This document shows positions 1 through 14,288 of a DNA stretch of 64,000 bases, piece after piece. The stretch is from assembly GCF_033153115.1 (NCBI RefSeq), contig NW_026889808.1:496001-560000 (forward strand), read 5' to 3'. This DNA comes from Saccostrea echinata (taxonomy: Eukaryota). Both the position numbers and the translations under genes were made by a program. The notes below the pieces were generated by a model. The model ran no database searches and was not told the origin of the DNA. It saw nothing but the letters and a program-made list of their open reading frames with translations. The stretch's first letter is position 1; every line of letters starts with the position of its first letter.

Positions 1-803
1 ACGTCCCCATTAAGGAGTTGAAGGGCCGGCCCCTAAATACTTCCTTTGCAAATATCTCAGAAACGAAACAGAACTTCTGACTAGTTGTTGAACAAAAAGT
101 GTTTAAAATCATGAGAGCTTTAAGGTGATATCAAGGAAAAGGGTTTGACCCCTTAAATAAGGGGCCGAGAGGGGCCGAAAGTGTGCAATCAATAACTCTT
201 TAATGATCAATATTTTGTAATATATTACTGAAGCGAAATAGTTCATCTTCACACACTTTATCTAAATAAAATGATGTTGATATCATATATTACGCAATAA
301 GGGGTCTTTAGGGGGCCAGATTGCATAATCTTTGGCGCAATATATCTGGAAAAGGACGAATATTTTGATAAACAGTATTGCAAGAAAGACGTACAAAATA
401 ATATTCTGAACAATATGCACTCTTTCAATTTTTGGTAGACATCTCCATTTAGGACTTGAAGGGCCGACCCTTAATATTTCTTTTGCATATATCCCGAAAA
501 CAAAGAAAGAATTTCTGAATAGTTGTTGAACAAAAAGTGTTCAAAATCATGAGAGCTTTAAGATGATATCAAGAAAAAGGGGCTGACCTCCCACATTAGG
601 GGCCAAGAAGGGCCGAAAGTCTTTAATCTATAACCCTTTAATGATCAGTATTTTGTTAAACATTATTAAAGCAAAATTGTTCGTCTTAACAATTTATTTA
701 TATCATTATATTTAAACGAAAATCTCAGTCAAATTCTTATCACATCTTATCAAAAATTGGACGGAAGACCCACTCGTTGCTCGCAACGAGATCTCATCTA
801 GTT
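1..803 (+). mobile_element. 3' part of a non-autonomous Helitron/Helentron(HINE)-like element, copy 1
   Basis: Ends in hairpin ctcgttgc-tc-gcaacgag (773-790) then CTAG (798-801) and (TTA)n; carries ~437-bp internal repeats. Confidence 0.7.
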
Positions 804-3245
804 ATTATTATTATTCTTTTTTTTCTTTACAAAATTTGTGCAGAAGATTTCTCGGAGATGGCTCGTTCGATTTTATTCAAATTTTCATGGTAGATGCGTT
901 GACCTCTGAAGTTAATTCCGGCAATATCGTTTTTTGAAAATCACTTCCGGTCGGAAGTTATCGCCCTTTTATCAAAATTCAGAGGACCTCCTTGTCTGCG
1001 ATGGAACTCAAAAACGGCTTAAGCTAGAGCGCTGAAATTTTCAGTGATGATAGAGGACATGTTGCCATTTTGCACCTGGGTTTAGATATTTTCCGGAAGT
1101 GCCTAGTATGGAAGCTCGGTAGGGGTCGAAATTTAGGACACGAATTATGAGTGAATTTTTGAGACATTTTGTATCATATCTTTTAAAGTATAATTATTTT
1201 GTTAAAACATATTGAGCAATATTTGTGCAGAATGACAAGATCTTTAATATGATATCAAGAAAAAAAGGGCTGACTTATCATATTAGGGGCCGAGAGGGGC
1301 CAAAACTCTTTAATCAATAACTCTTTAACGATCAATATTTTGGTATACATTACTGAAGCAAAAATGTTTATCTCAACAATTTACAACTATATATTATGAT
1401 ATTCATATCATATGTTACATAATTAGGGGCCATAAGGGGCCAGAATGCTAAATCTTTGACGCTTTATATCTGAAAAGTGGGAAATAATTTGATAAGCAAT
1501 ATTGAACAAAAGATGTTCAAAATAATGTTCTTAACAATATGCAACCTCTCATTTTTTGCTTAACGTCCCCCTTAAGGAGTTGAAGGGCTGGCCCCTAAAA
1601 ATTTTTTTTGCAAGTATCTCAGAAACGAAAAAGAATTTCTGACTAGTTGTTGAACAAAAAGTTTTCAAAATCATGAGAGCTTTAAAGTGATATCAAGAAA
1701 AAGGGGCTGGCCCCTCAAAATAGGGGCCGAGAGGGGCCAAAAATCTTTGATCAATTACTCTTTAACGATCAATATTTTGTAATGCATTACTGAAGCAAAA
1801 ATATTTATCTCAACACTTTACAACTATATATTATGATATTTACATCAAATGTTACATAATTAGGGGCCATAAGGGGCCAGAATGCTAAATCTTTGACGCT
1901 TTATATCTTTAAAGTATGAAATATTTTGATAAGCAATATTGAACAAAAGATGTTCAAAATAATGATCTTAACAATATGCAACCTTTCATTTTTTGTTAAA
2001 CGTCCCCATAAAGGAGTTGAAGAACCGGCCCCTAAATACATCTTTTGCAAATATCTCAGAAACGAAAAGAATTTCTGACTAGTTGTTGAACAAAAAGTTT
2101 TCAAAATTATGAGAGCTTCAAAGTGATATGAAGAAAAAGGGGCTGGACCCTCAAAATAGGGGCTGAGAGGGACCGAAAGTCTTTGAACAATAACTCTTTA
2201 ACGATCAATATTTTGTAACGCATTACTGAAGCAAAAATGTTTATCTCAACAATTTACAACTATATATTATGATATTCACATCATATGTTACATAATTAGG
2301 GGCCATAAGGGGCCAGAATGCCAAATCTTTGACGCTTTTTATCTCAAAAGTGGGAAATATTTTGATAAGCAATATTGAATAAAAGATGTTCAAAATAATG
2401 TTCTAAACAATATGCAACCTTTCATTTTTTGCTAAAAGTCCCCATTAAGGAGTTGAACGACCGGCCCCTAAATATATCCTTCGCATATATTTTGGAAGCG
2501 AAAAAGAATTTTTGAATAGTTGTTGAACAAAAAGTGTTCAAAATCAAGAGAGCTTTAAGGTGATCTCAATGAAAAGGGTCTGACCCCTTAAATAAATGGC
2601 CGAGAGGGGCCAAAAGTATACAATCAATAACTCTTTAATGATCTATATTTTGTAATATATTACTGAAGCGAAATAGTTCATCTTCACACACTTTTTCTAA
2701 ATAACATGATGTTGATATCATATGTTACGCAATAAGGGGTCTTTAGGGAGCCAGATTGCATAATCTTTGGCGCAATATATCTCGAAAAGGAAGAATATTT
2801 TGATAAACAGTATTGAACAAAAGACGTTCAAAATAATATTCAGAACAATATGCATTCTTTCAATTTTTGCTAGACGTCCCCATTTAGGACTTGAAGGGCC
2901 GGCCCTTAATATTTCTTTTGCATATATCCCGAAAACAAAAAAAAAAAAAATCTGAATAGTTGTTGAACAAAAGGTGTTCAAAATCATGAGAGCTTTAAGA
3001 TGATATCAAGAAAAAGGGCTGACCTCTCACATTAGGGGCCAAGAAGGGCCGACGGTCTTTAATCTATAACCCTTTAATGATCAATATTTTGTTAAACATT
3101 ACGGTATTAAAGCAAAATTGTTCGTCTTAACAATTTATTTATATCATTATATTTGATCGAAAATCTCAGTCAAATTCTCATCTCATCTTATCAAAAATCG
3201 GACGGAAGACCCACTCGTTGCTCGCAACGAGATCTCATCTAGTTA
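804..3245 (+). mobile_element. Non-autonomous Helitron/Helentron-like element, copy 2 (head-to-tail, ~2.44 kb), with internal ~437-bp satellite array
   Basis: Identical terminal hairpin (3214-3231) + CTAG (3239-3242), 2441 bp after copy 1. Anchor gttgttgaacaaaa recurs at 1646, 2082, 2519, 2959 (and 84, 522). Confidence 0.75.
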
Positions 3246-5149
3246 TTATTATTTTTGTAACTATCATGTACAAAGTATTTCAAAATTGAAGAAAAAACCA
3301 CTCGTTTATACCAAACAATTAGATATTTTATTTACATGTATAGAATTATCATGAACGTGTAGAACATTGACCAATCAAATTATACATGCTATAGAAAATA
3401 CGGCTTGCTACAGTACTCTTTATATTGACCAATAGAATTATACCTTCTATAGAATACTGAGTAATAAAATTATGCCTGCTAAAGAAAATGCGTTACTACA
3501 ATAGTCTTACTATCTAATGACAATGCACTTCTAAAAGCAAAGATACATATTCTTATCATAATTTCCCAACAAGAAGCATTAAAGATATATTTTGAACAGG
3601 ATAATGACATAAAGCATATTTTAATTTCACCTCAAATAAAACTTGAACTTAATATAGTAAATAAAGACAATGAAAGGACATTAACTTGTCTTGACGTCAG
3701 ACTATTATTGAAAGATAACAAAGCACACCTGTTGAAAACGCCTTGTCAAATTTTTTCTCAAATTAATTTTTGGCACCAAATTTTATTTTTAAACCTTGTC
3801 TAGATTTAAATTTAGCAAACGTTTCTTATGTTTAGAAATATTTGATAATCACCTACTGTTAGCCAAACTCTAGTGTTTCCATGGGACCTATGTTGTTTGT
3901 TTGTTGTTGTTTTTTTTAAGGGTCCTTGTTTTTGCCCTGTTCACGATCCGTATTCTTACAGGATGTATTAGATTGATCACTGTTCGTTATTTTCATCTTT
4001 TTCACCAATATATATCTGTTTCTAATATCACGGAATGAAGAAATATTACAAAACAGTTTTTAAATAAATTAATGACAAAAATTTGTATGGTAATTTCATT
4101 CAAACGATTAAAGAGCAATTCCCTGTAATGACTATAAAACTTATATAAGAATCTTGTCACGCAGAGCCACATAATTTCTTCAAACTCGCTTTGATAAAAG
4201 TATTTCTTACCATGACCTTAAATCAGGCAAATATTGCTTGCATTGTATCATGGTTATCATTGATAACTGCATAAGAGTCCAAAAAAGCATTTTGGGACAC
4301 ATTCAGAGTCCGATTACTAAAATTTTCAACAATGTAGAAAGGTGACTTTGATTATTTCTAAAAGTTGAAGACTTGTGTTATTTGGATGAAAGTAGAGTAT
4401 TGAAAAGCAATTATGTCATTCATTCATTCGATTACACATACATTAAGAAATGAAAGCAATTCTAAGTTGGATTGTAAAGAAATAAAAGAAAAAGCTGCCA
4501 GTAAGGCAGAGATGCAAAACTTTTTAGCGGTAGATATAGCAAAATGTCTGCGGAGTTAAATTATTGCCATTAACATGAATGTAAATTCACTTTGGTTACA
4601 TGATCAGAATATATATGTTTTAAAAATAAAATATTCATGAGTTTTAATGAATTTTTACTGTATCTTTAAAGAAATGTGTTAATAAAAATGTTTATCTAAT
4701 TAAGAGGCAGTCCACCGAAAAACCAGGCAGTATTGTATTAATAGGCGGCACATCGAATGTGAGGAATATTTGATATTTTATGAAAAACAATATCAATGTA
4801 GCCCAAAAGGAATAATGTAATTGAAGATTTGTTTGATAATTGCTTATTTAGTAAAATATCCTTGTGTTTTGTGTTTTTGAATGCCCCTATATAAACCATT
4901 GAATGTAGGTCAGAAACAAAGAACTGTAATTTCTAATACATTTTTAATAGGACTATAATTCACACTTAACTAAATCTAGAAATATTTCAACTTTTTGTTT
5001 AAAAAATAAAATCGGTGGGAAAAACACTTTTGATAGTAGTTTTCTGGCAAAATATAAGGACGTTTTTATGAAATTTTGCGATGCAAGAGTTATCTCCCGT
5101 GGCATCGGTAAATCTGCTCAACACCTTTTTATCGGAATCCTAGTGAAAT

Positions 5150-5456
5150 ATTTAGAATCCATATACTAAAGAAAATAATTAAACAAAAAACTAAATTTAT
5201 TTTCAAAATATAATTCATTTTCGCCTCCAGACGTAATATTTAGATTAAAATTGGCTCTATTATTCAGGTTGAATCCACGTTCCCATTGATGTATCAGTGA
5301 CGTCATATACCTGACTAATATTGCGTCACAATGAAATAGTTACAAGTTTCCAGAGAAGTTTGTAAATTCTTTGCGTAAAAGTGTAAAGAAAAAGATTTTT
5401 AAAAAATGATTTCTCTTTTTCTGTTTAATTACTCTTCAGAGTGCATTATTCTAAAT
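5150..5456. mobile_element. Nested degenerate inverted-repeat element (MITE-like)
   Basis: atttagaat...taattaaaca at the left end matches the reverse complement of tgtttaatta...attctaaat at the right end, ~40-60 bp imperfect arms. Confidence 0.45.
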
Positions 5457-6429
5457 GTTAAATAATATTTTAATATCAAAATGTGTTTTATACACGGGCG
5501 GCGTCTCAGCTAGATGACGTTTTGATAAGTAATTTTATACATGTCTAACAAATACTTTTTTTAACTGATTTACTAGGATATGCGTAAAAATAATTAATGA
5601 AGTGTTTATCATGAACATTTCTAATAAAATTGGGAATCAATGATGAATGTTTTAGATTTACGCAACACTTAATCCAACGAAGTTGAGATGTTTACTTCAT
5701 GATATTTGTAAAAACTTAATATATTTATCTATGCAGTCAAATCAAAATAAACAATCCGAAGTACGATTAAAAATGAAAAAAAAAACTGAAAAATAAGTTG
5801 AAACAATCACACACTCACATTTTAATATGGAGTTTAAACATGTGACTATGTTGGCCAATTCTAAAATGTTTTCACGTTCATGAAACCAATTTTTAAAAAT
5901 AATGATGTCATGACACCCCCCCCCCCCCTCTGCTTTTTGCTTGCGATTTATCGGCTCTTGAATAATGATACTATATATTAAAGAACTTATTTTCTTATTT
6001 ATATAAAATCAAATTTTGTAAAAGAGGAAAAGGCTTTACAGATGACAGGTAAGAAAAAACTTGGATAAAGTCGAGACTGTACACATAAAAATATTACCTG
6101 TATTTAGGCAAGTTTAATTTCGCCACTGATAGAATTTACTCTTTAATTCCTGAGGAAATAAAAAAGAAATTTTACTTGGAAATAAGATAAATAATAAAGC
6201 TAGAAAGCTGTCTGCTCTCATTTGTTGCATAATGCATGTACAAATACTTTTTTTTAAATACCGAGTATCTATTAAGAATTCAATCAGATGTTTTACATGT
6301 AATCTTCATGTACGTAAAAGACATTAGTAATTTAAATAATATATAAATTTGAATCTATGGTTACACTCATTTAAAAACAGTTAACTGACTGAAAAGAAAT
6401 AAAAGACAAGCATATTTTTCTGATAAATT

Positions 6430-6731
6430 AAAATGAAGAGCCAAATTTAGGAAATGTTTCTAAATTTACAGTAAAAACCGATCCCGATCCGATCGAAAAT
6501 AATGCAAAATTAACAAATTCATCAAACTAAAGGCACCTGCCACCTATATAAATTGTTAAAAAAAATAAATCAAGTAAGTTTTTACTCACATTACAACAAA
6601 AGAGCCAAATTTAACATTACAATTATAGTATTTTTTTCTTTATATAATTCCGGTCGGGATCGGTTTCATTTGGGAAAATTATTAAAAAAAAAAAAAAAAA
6701 AAAAAGAAGGTAAATTTGACTCCTTTTATTT
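6430..6731. mobile_element. Second nested inverted-repeat element (MITE-like)
   Basis: Outer arms gagccaaattta / taaatttgactc; inner arms aaaccgatcccga (~6475) / tcgggatcggttt (~6654-6666). Confidence 0.45.
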
Positions 6732-8254
6732 CTTTCAATATACCTGTTCCCACTGATTTTATTGAGTGATTCAAAAGTTTGTACTTTGTATTCCTAATAA
6801 CATAAGAAAAAAAATCTGTCCTTGTAATGTATTGGGTTTTATAACGTATTGAAAATTGGATACTGAATTCAAAAAGTTACTTGCTTAACTCAAATTTGGA
6901 CCATATAATTTTTTCTAAAGAAGTATAAAATGGAGTCTTATTCATTAATAAAATAAAAGATAAGAGTCTATGCTATAAATAATATTCATTGACACATCCA
7001 GCTTTTGAGTATCTGTTACATATAAAACAAAATAAAAACGTAGTAATTTTTTTACCCTTATGTTGACCTTTTTGCACTTAAAATTAAGCATTTACCAAAA
7101 ATAGGACTAGAGGAGCACTAAAATTTTTTTTAATGTTGTCCTGTGTAAACACTTGCTTTAACAAGTCTACATGCAAAAAATAATTAAAATCCATGATATG
7201 CGATGTGCCACCCATTGCCTGGTTTTTCGGTGGACTGCCTCTTAAATGAAGATATATACGGAAGCATTCTCGAAGTTAGTTTGACACATTATCTTTATAT
7301 TCCTGTACGTTTATCTTATGAATTCAGATTAGGTACATGTAACTTCTGCACAGAGGTGTTGTATATCCTATTTTTTTCAATATCGTTATCGTTTCGTTTA
7401 TATATAACCTTGATCTAGATGTTCGTTTATAAATACACTGATTTATCCTATATCAGAACATTTTATCGTGGTATAGGAATTAGAACTCGTTTCCTTATTT
7501 TCGAATATATTTGCATAATTATAATGATATCAGAAAAGAAACTCTTTAATGTCCTCATTTTGTATAGTTATTTGAATATGACCTACTTTTGTTTATAAGA
7601 TACAGATATTGTATAAATAATAAAATAATTAATTGTTTCAGGTTTACTTTAGGTCTAATGGATGAGTTTTAAGATGGTGATAAATCTTTCAACCTGTCAG
7701 AAATTAGAAATCATATGAACTTCTAAACAACGGATAGGATTACAAAAATAGATTTTCACTGGGGAAAAAAATACTTGACCCGCCTCTCGTTGTGCAGATA
7801 AATTAAATGACCTGTTTCAACAGTTGCTTAATCTTCATATTTCATCAAACTGTTTCAATTTAAAGTGCATAAAAACGGTGTCGTTATTATTGTGATAGTC
7901 TGTTCCGATAAAAATGTGGTATATATAATAATATAATATACATTTATTTACCAAAATAAGTTTCCTTGGGGTCTTTTTCTTTTTGGAAGAAAATGTGCTT
8001 AATTCTTTGCAATGACGATAAAAAGCATAAACGAAATGGGGTTTCCATTCAATGTCTTGTATTTAAAAAAAAATTACTGAAGATTTTATAAAATGCATAC
8101 CCTGTTTATGATTGTATTCACATCATTTGATTAGACATATTAAGATTTCAAGATAAGGGAGGCAAATCTTGATTCCCTATCACAAAACTGTAATAAAGAA
8201 AAAAAGAGTTGTCGTTTATGATCCTGATTAGAAGAAATCGATCCTCCTATACAA

Positions 8255-8450
8255 ATGAAATGTGAAGGTAACGAATAATAATAATGAGCAGAGCAAACAC
8301 GGGCCTCTGAAACAGATGTGGGATCAGATACCATGGAGAAGTATGCATCCCATGTCGACCGTTCACACCACCTGCCGTGGTGCCCCTTGTCATGATCAGG
8401 TAAACGGAAGAATCCATAAACATTTCAGGGTAAAATTGATGGCCTAACTA
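8255..8450 (-). mobile_element. Penelope-like 3' UTR fragment
   Basis: Reverse complement of the family core (gatccc...ccgtgtttgctctgctc). Confidence 0.7.
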
Positions 8451-8633
8451 TTTTTTTTTCAGTAGGAAGAAGGATAATAGAGAAAATTATAATTCCAACA
8501 TTGTGTACAATCTAAATTATTTAGTTTAAAAAAGACATCAGGGTTTTATTCAAAGATTGCTGTCATATTTATCTGTATAAATACATTCGGGTTATTCTTT
8601 GAATTGAAATTGGTTTGTTTGAAAAAGCCTACT

Positions 8634-8726
8634 ATGTTTGGAGGTCCGTGTTTGCTCTGCTCCTATTTTGTATTGTTTAATGGACTTTTGAGCTTGAATA
8701 CTGTTCGTTATCTCCATATATTTCAT
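8634..8726 (+). mobile_element. Penelope-like 3' terminal fragment
   Basis: 92/93 identical to 21821-21913. Confidence 0.85.
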
Positions 8727-9558
8727 ACTAACTCTACTCCAGATGAGTTTCAAGTACAATCTATGTAATTTTCACCGATATCACTTTAACAGAACGAAAA
8801 TGGGTTTCTTTTAAAAAAAATTGCTTGATAGTATCATGAAAAGCGCGTCAAAAATCACAGAGAAAATGAATCACTTACATTGACCTCTTGCTTACAGGGT
8901 TGGCATATAAAACACCGAGATGCCTCATCACATCGCCTTTTTGCAATCACTTAATAGATCTTGACCATAAAGGACATATTTCTTACTTTGAAAAGTGCTG
9001 CTGCTTTCCAGAAATCGAGAGCGTTACTTAATAAATACATAAACTACTTTGTAAAAGTCACACTTATTTCAACTTGGGGCCAATTACTTGAAATTTAAAC
9101 AAATAAAATGCGAATTATATGTAAAGCTGCAGCACTTTCCAGAAACTACAAGATATTTAGATACAAATTATCACTTTAATTTTTAATTAATTAGGGTATG
9201 CCTTGCGATATTGAAATTTGTTTATGACCTCCATGCTGTACACATTATATGCATTTATCACTTGACCGTCAAATAAGATGACCAAACTAGGTTCAATACA
9301 GAGTGGGGTATGATATGTTATTTCATTTAATATTAAGGTCATGTGATAATATAATAGTTTTATAAAAATAAATTCAGTTTAAAAAGGTATCTTTTTGTGC
9401 ACTTCTATATTCTGATGAATTCTTCATTGTACGCCTTAACAGTGCTGCATATTTGGGAGTTATCTTTCTTTTGTTACCAGACTCAATGAAAGCTGAAATT
9501 TTGAGTTCAAATTTACGTTAATGCATTTAACAATTCTAAAAGGAGTATAATATTGTGA

Positions 9559-9741
9559 NNNNNNNNNNNNNNNNNNNNNNNNNNNNNNNNNNNNNNNNNN
9601 NNNNNNNNNNNNNNNNNNNNNNNNNNNNNNNNNNNNNNNNNNNNNNNNNNNNNNNNNNNNNNNNNNNNNNNNNNNNNNNNNNNNNNNNNNNNNNNNNNNN
9701 NNNNNNNNNNNNNNNNNNNNNNNNNNNNNNNNNNNNNNNNN
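9559..9741. other. Assembly gap (183 N)
   Basis: Run of N. Confidence 1.
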
Positions 9742-10013
9742 TCCAGTAGATATTATGTAATATTTCTTTATAGAACCCAAACCTCTCACCTTTATTTTCA
9801 CACAAATCGACAAAATTGGATATCATTGCAAGAGTAACCGAATATGGAATTGTTTTTGTTACACTTTGAAAGTAAGCCATGTGTTAAAATAATATGCATT
9901 GACCTAGAAGGACATAAAACTGTAAAGCTTGTAATTCAAAAAAATCTTTATTTTGGCGTTATTATGCGAGACCATCGGCAGGCCAATGATTTATTCTCAT
10001 GTTTATATCTATT

Positions 10014-10940
10014 ATGAAATGTACAGATAACGAACAATAATCAAACTCAAAATAGCAATAAGAATTGGGAGCTGAGCAAACAGAGGTTGGACCATAAGTC
10101 ATGGGGGAGTAAACACCCTTTGTCGACTTTTGAAATCCTTGTATCGTCAACGTATTAGTCAATAGCTTGCCTCATTTTAGAAATTGTTTACTAAGAGCAT
10201 GCTCCTGCATATCGAATCAACTGGGAGATAAAAACTCCATATGCTGGTGATAATGGTATATTGCTACATAAATAAGGGAAACAGATGATGAAAGTTGATG
10301 TCATCACATTTACCATAAATTTTTGTTGTCAGTTTGCCATTAATGTCTTTTTCTAGTAAATATCCAAATATGAAACATGTGTCAGACTCTGTTGTGACTT
10401 TTATTTCGAGTTCAAAGGGATATATCGAATCAATTTAGGAACGAAAATGGATATTGTTAATTGATAAAAATCGTCGATATATCTTAATGTCGAATTGATG
10501 GTCACAGCAAGAGACTTCTTCTTTTTATGTAGAAGTTCCTGAATAATTTCTGCTTCATATGAATGCAAAAATAGGTCTGATAATAACGGTAGGCAATTAA
10601 TGCCCATAAAAATTTCCACAGATTGTTGCAAGACTTGTTCTAGAAAAACTATATAGATATTGTCCAGAAACTCAAGCATCTTTTTAATATCAACAACGGA
10701 GTACTTGTGTGTGTACAATTAGAATGTTATTACGACATAATTTTGCAGATGTCCAATGGCAAGGTAGGTAAATTTACGAGTTCCATATTCATTGAAAAAT
10801 CAGTTGTCTGTGATGTCAAAAAGCCTAAACTTTATCGTGGAAAATGATTGTATAAAGTTTTGAAATGTCGTAAGTTTTGATGTTTCTGATTTTGTAAAAT
10901 TTTGTGACTTAAATTTTCAACACGTTCGCCGGAGTTTTTA
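10014..10940 (-). mobile_element. Decayed Penelope-like retroelement (RT fragment + 3' end), probably Naiad-type
   Basis: Translates to MGINCLPLLSDLFLHSYEAE...LRYIDD, with frameshifts and stops. Confidence 0.8.
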
Positions 10941-11110
10941 AGCTTTTAAGATAGTATACAATAAAGAGCACAATTTGGATTTTTTTTTTTTTTTGCTTAT
11001 ATGTACCAACACAAATGAAAATGTCTCGAAAATAAAGTATCCGAATATTGGTGATCGTCAGTAACTAATATAATTCATTTCAAAAATGTTGTGATCAATC
11101 TTGTGATCAA

Positions 11111-11530
11111 TGGCACCTGATCCCACCTTTGATGTTTTAGGGGTCCGTGTTTGCTCTGCTCCAAAATTTGTATTGTTTAATGGACTTTTGTTCTTTAAGA
11201 CTGTTCGTTATCTCCATACATTTCATAAACAATACGAAACGTAAACAGGACTAAACAAGGAGAAGTGAAATAAGGTGCCTAGGAAGAGTAAGTTTCCCTT
11301 GTCGACTGGTCACACTGCCTTGAGCGCGTTATCGTCTTGTCGTAGTGATCCGCAGTCAAAATTAGCATACAAATAATGACCTTTATATTACTGTGAAATT
11401 TATCAGCCAAAATACGACCAAAAGAAGAATATAATTATAAGATGCTGACTTTAAATAGAATTGTATAAATCTTTTCAGCATCAATTTATTTGTCAGCAGC
11501 CTACATCCATTTAAAATTTGATCATTATGT
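11111..11530. mobile_element. Two abutting Penelope-like 3' fragments in opposite orientation
   Basis: ggcacctgatcccacc on + (11111-11225), followed by aggtgcctaggaagagtaag...ggtcacac on -. Confidence 0.65.
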
Positions 11531-14269
11531 TTATAGTTAACTATGTATTTTATTTAAAATGTACTTTTTAAAATTTTACCTTCCAAGGAGTATGATTTCC
11601 CTTCATATTAAGTTTTGTTTTTAAAGAAATAATTTTTTGCTCTTGGTTTTTTAATTTATTACTTTTATCAAATCAAAGATTTTTTAAATTTCAAATTCAT
11701 GTATGTTGTTTTCAATGACTATAGAAATCATTCCTATATATGAATAATTTTGTGAACTTTATTCAATATACTATCTCAAAGTCAAGATCATTTGTTAATG
11801 AGAGAGTAATTTCACAATGTTAGATCTGAATAACTTCAAACATGGGAATATTAATGCAAATAACGTCATAGACTATCATTATTTTGACTTATGTTAATTT
11901 GCGAAGTTAAGGATTCAAAAAAGAGGAACATCAGTCTGTTTTTTTCCCCGAAAAAATTATGCTACTTATAAAGAATGGTTTGGATCAAAATACATGTAAC
12001 AAAGAGGTTCATTACTCTCGCTATCTTTAAGATAATACGAATATCTTCATACATATATAATATACGTAATATTTTAACTTCCTGGCACAGATATATTCCT
12101 TTTTTGTACAAGCATAAAATATATTAATAGGCTCAAATAGTATGTCTTTCGGGTAATTCTGTATTACTTGTGATAAATATTTATGCTATCTGAATGGCAA
12201 TTCACAGTGATGATTGTCAGTTACCCACGTGTCTGAGTGCCTTAAGCTACAACAAATTCAATCCAGTCAATTATGAAAAGAATATATACCATTTCTTGAA
12301 AAAAAACCCAACAAGCGTGTCCACAAAACATATGCTTAATTAAACGGCAGGGGTTAATAGTCCGGTTATTAATAGTTTATACGCATAGCGCTGTCTTTTG
12401 TGTCATTTGTTAACAATGGATGCTTATTATTACAGGAATTGATCCTTGACTGATTGGAAATGTCAACTCATCTCAATTCTGTGAGTAGATAGATATCTGT
12501 AATTTTCACACCACTCTTAGGATTTCAAGTATTTCACATCTTCTTGATTTTCATACCCAATTTCTTTCAAATAGGCATAAAAAAATCAGGATGATTTTTT
12601 TTCATTTTTGTTTTGTATTGAATATCATATTGAGATGTACAATTTTGGTCGGGATTAAGATATTCTTTGTAAGTTATATTGATACAGTATTATTACTGTA
12701 ATTATATTATCACTTTGTAATCCTCTCTGTGTAATTATGAATCACCTTACCTTTCCACTAATTAAAGACAGAATACTAATTACATTTTAAAATTAAAACT
12801 AAAAATCTACAGAATAAGGATAAGGCATTATCGTACTGAATATGTCTATGCAATTGTTTTCCGGGTTTTAATTCATTCTCAAATGATTTCTAAAAAAAAA
12901 ATTGAATCACAGATTTTTACACGATATTGCAAAACGCTGGTCTGAATGTTTACAGGAAATACTAATTCTCTCTTTGTACTGGCCTGGACTTAATTCAAAT
13001 TGTTTCACAATCACTTTTTACCTTGCCTCTGCAGATAAATAAGAGCTATATATATATATTTTTAAAAAGTAAGATTAGGTAATTTCAACTCCTACAATGT
13101 AAATATTACATTTATATGATTGAACAAAGCAATTGGTAGAAACCATGCATGTCTTTTATATTGAGACCCAACCAAATGATGTATTTGCAAACAGAATCAT
13201 AACGAAAATTATAGTTGCCTCTCTGCTATATAATCTTTGATATTAAAATCTATAAAGTTCAAATGATATCAGCTGTAGGTGCAATAAAAGGTTTGATTGA
13301 TCAAGAACATCGTTTCCAATGATGTAATGGGCCCACGTCTGGCGAGTCGTTCTACAGGTTTCAAAATTTGTTCCGCTTTGTCAAGATCCGCCATTTGTCA
13401 TTATTTAACTCTGTGATGACCTATATATTATGTTATTATTCTACAGTAAATGGATTTTCAAGGTAAGTTTTCAGGAACTATATACCACAGATGAGTATTA
13501 AAGCGGAAAGAATTTATTGTCTTAATACGAATGGACAAACTGTTACACGATGTGAAAATGACATTAAAAAAAGTGCTAGACATTATTCCCCTATTACAAC
13601 CTTCGATGTATCAACGAATGTGAAAGACGCACACTTATGTCAACCTGTTAAAGGTAAGTGATCTTGTCAATGAATTAGACCTCTCACAGTCATGGAACCT
13701 CTTTAGGCCTAATTGCTTTTAAAATAATTTAATTGCGTAATTAATTTATTAAAGTAATCGACAAGCTAAGGTATTTTTCTTAAAGACATTTACAGTAAGT
13801 AACGTCCTTCGTAGTCATACTTATGTAATTGATTTAAGACGCATGGATTATATTCATTAACTTTTTTCGTTTGATATACAAATCCGACGTATTAAGGTCA
13901 GCTTTTTTTCTGGGCGTACATGTATTTAGGACCATCACAAGAATAATGTGTAAACTAAATAAAAGTTTTTCAGAGTAATTTCGACGATCAGGACAGAGTC
14001 TAGTCATGTACATATATCTTACTTCTTGTTTTGGCAAGTTCCTCAGTCATTGTATTACAAATCATGAAGGAATATTGTTTGTGAAATAGGTTAATGTATA
14101 TCCCCACCTTTCAATTAAGTCAAGGTCGTTTCAAGGTCACCATAATTTGCCCCACTTTCTGAAACAAAACAAACATGTAATTTAAATGTACTTGAGATTA
14201 CTTGCTCCAACTACGAAAAAAAAAAATCATTTGTATCATTCATAAAATAGAGGAGTAAGAATAAAGATC

Positions 14270-14288
14270 TTTTTATATTTTTTCCAGA
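14270..14288 (+). promoter_or_regulatory. Probable splice acceptor of the coding exon of paralog A
   Basis: Pyrimidine tract ttttatattttttccAG|; exon starts 14288, 224 nt before the ATG. Candidate donors AG|GTAAGT at 13463 and 13654. Confidence 0.6.

Larger units (their letters stand above)
4704..7241. mobile_element. Non-autonomous Kolobok-like DNA transposon (2538 bp)
   Basis: Perfect 26-bp TIR gaggcagtccaccgaaaaaccaggca (4704-4729 / 7216-7241) flanked by TTAA on both sides. RR..YY termini fit Kolobok rather than piggyBac (CC..GG). No transposase ORF. Confidence 0.8.

Noticed and set aside
9460-9880. ORFs spanning the N gaps (also 61559-61750)
   Set aside because: Artefacts of translating through N.
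12436-12480. Possible 45-nt extra 5' UTR exon (ttacAG|...|GTGAGT)
   Set aside because: Splice-like signals only, with no homology in the other paralogs; needs transcript data.
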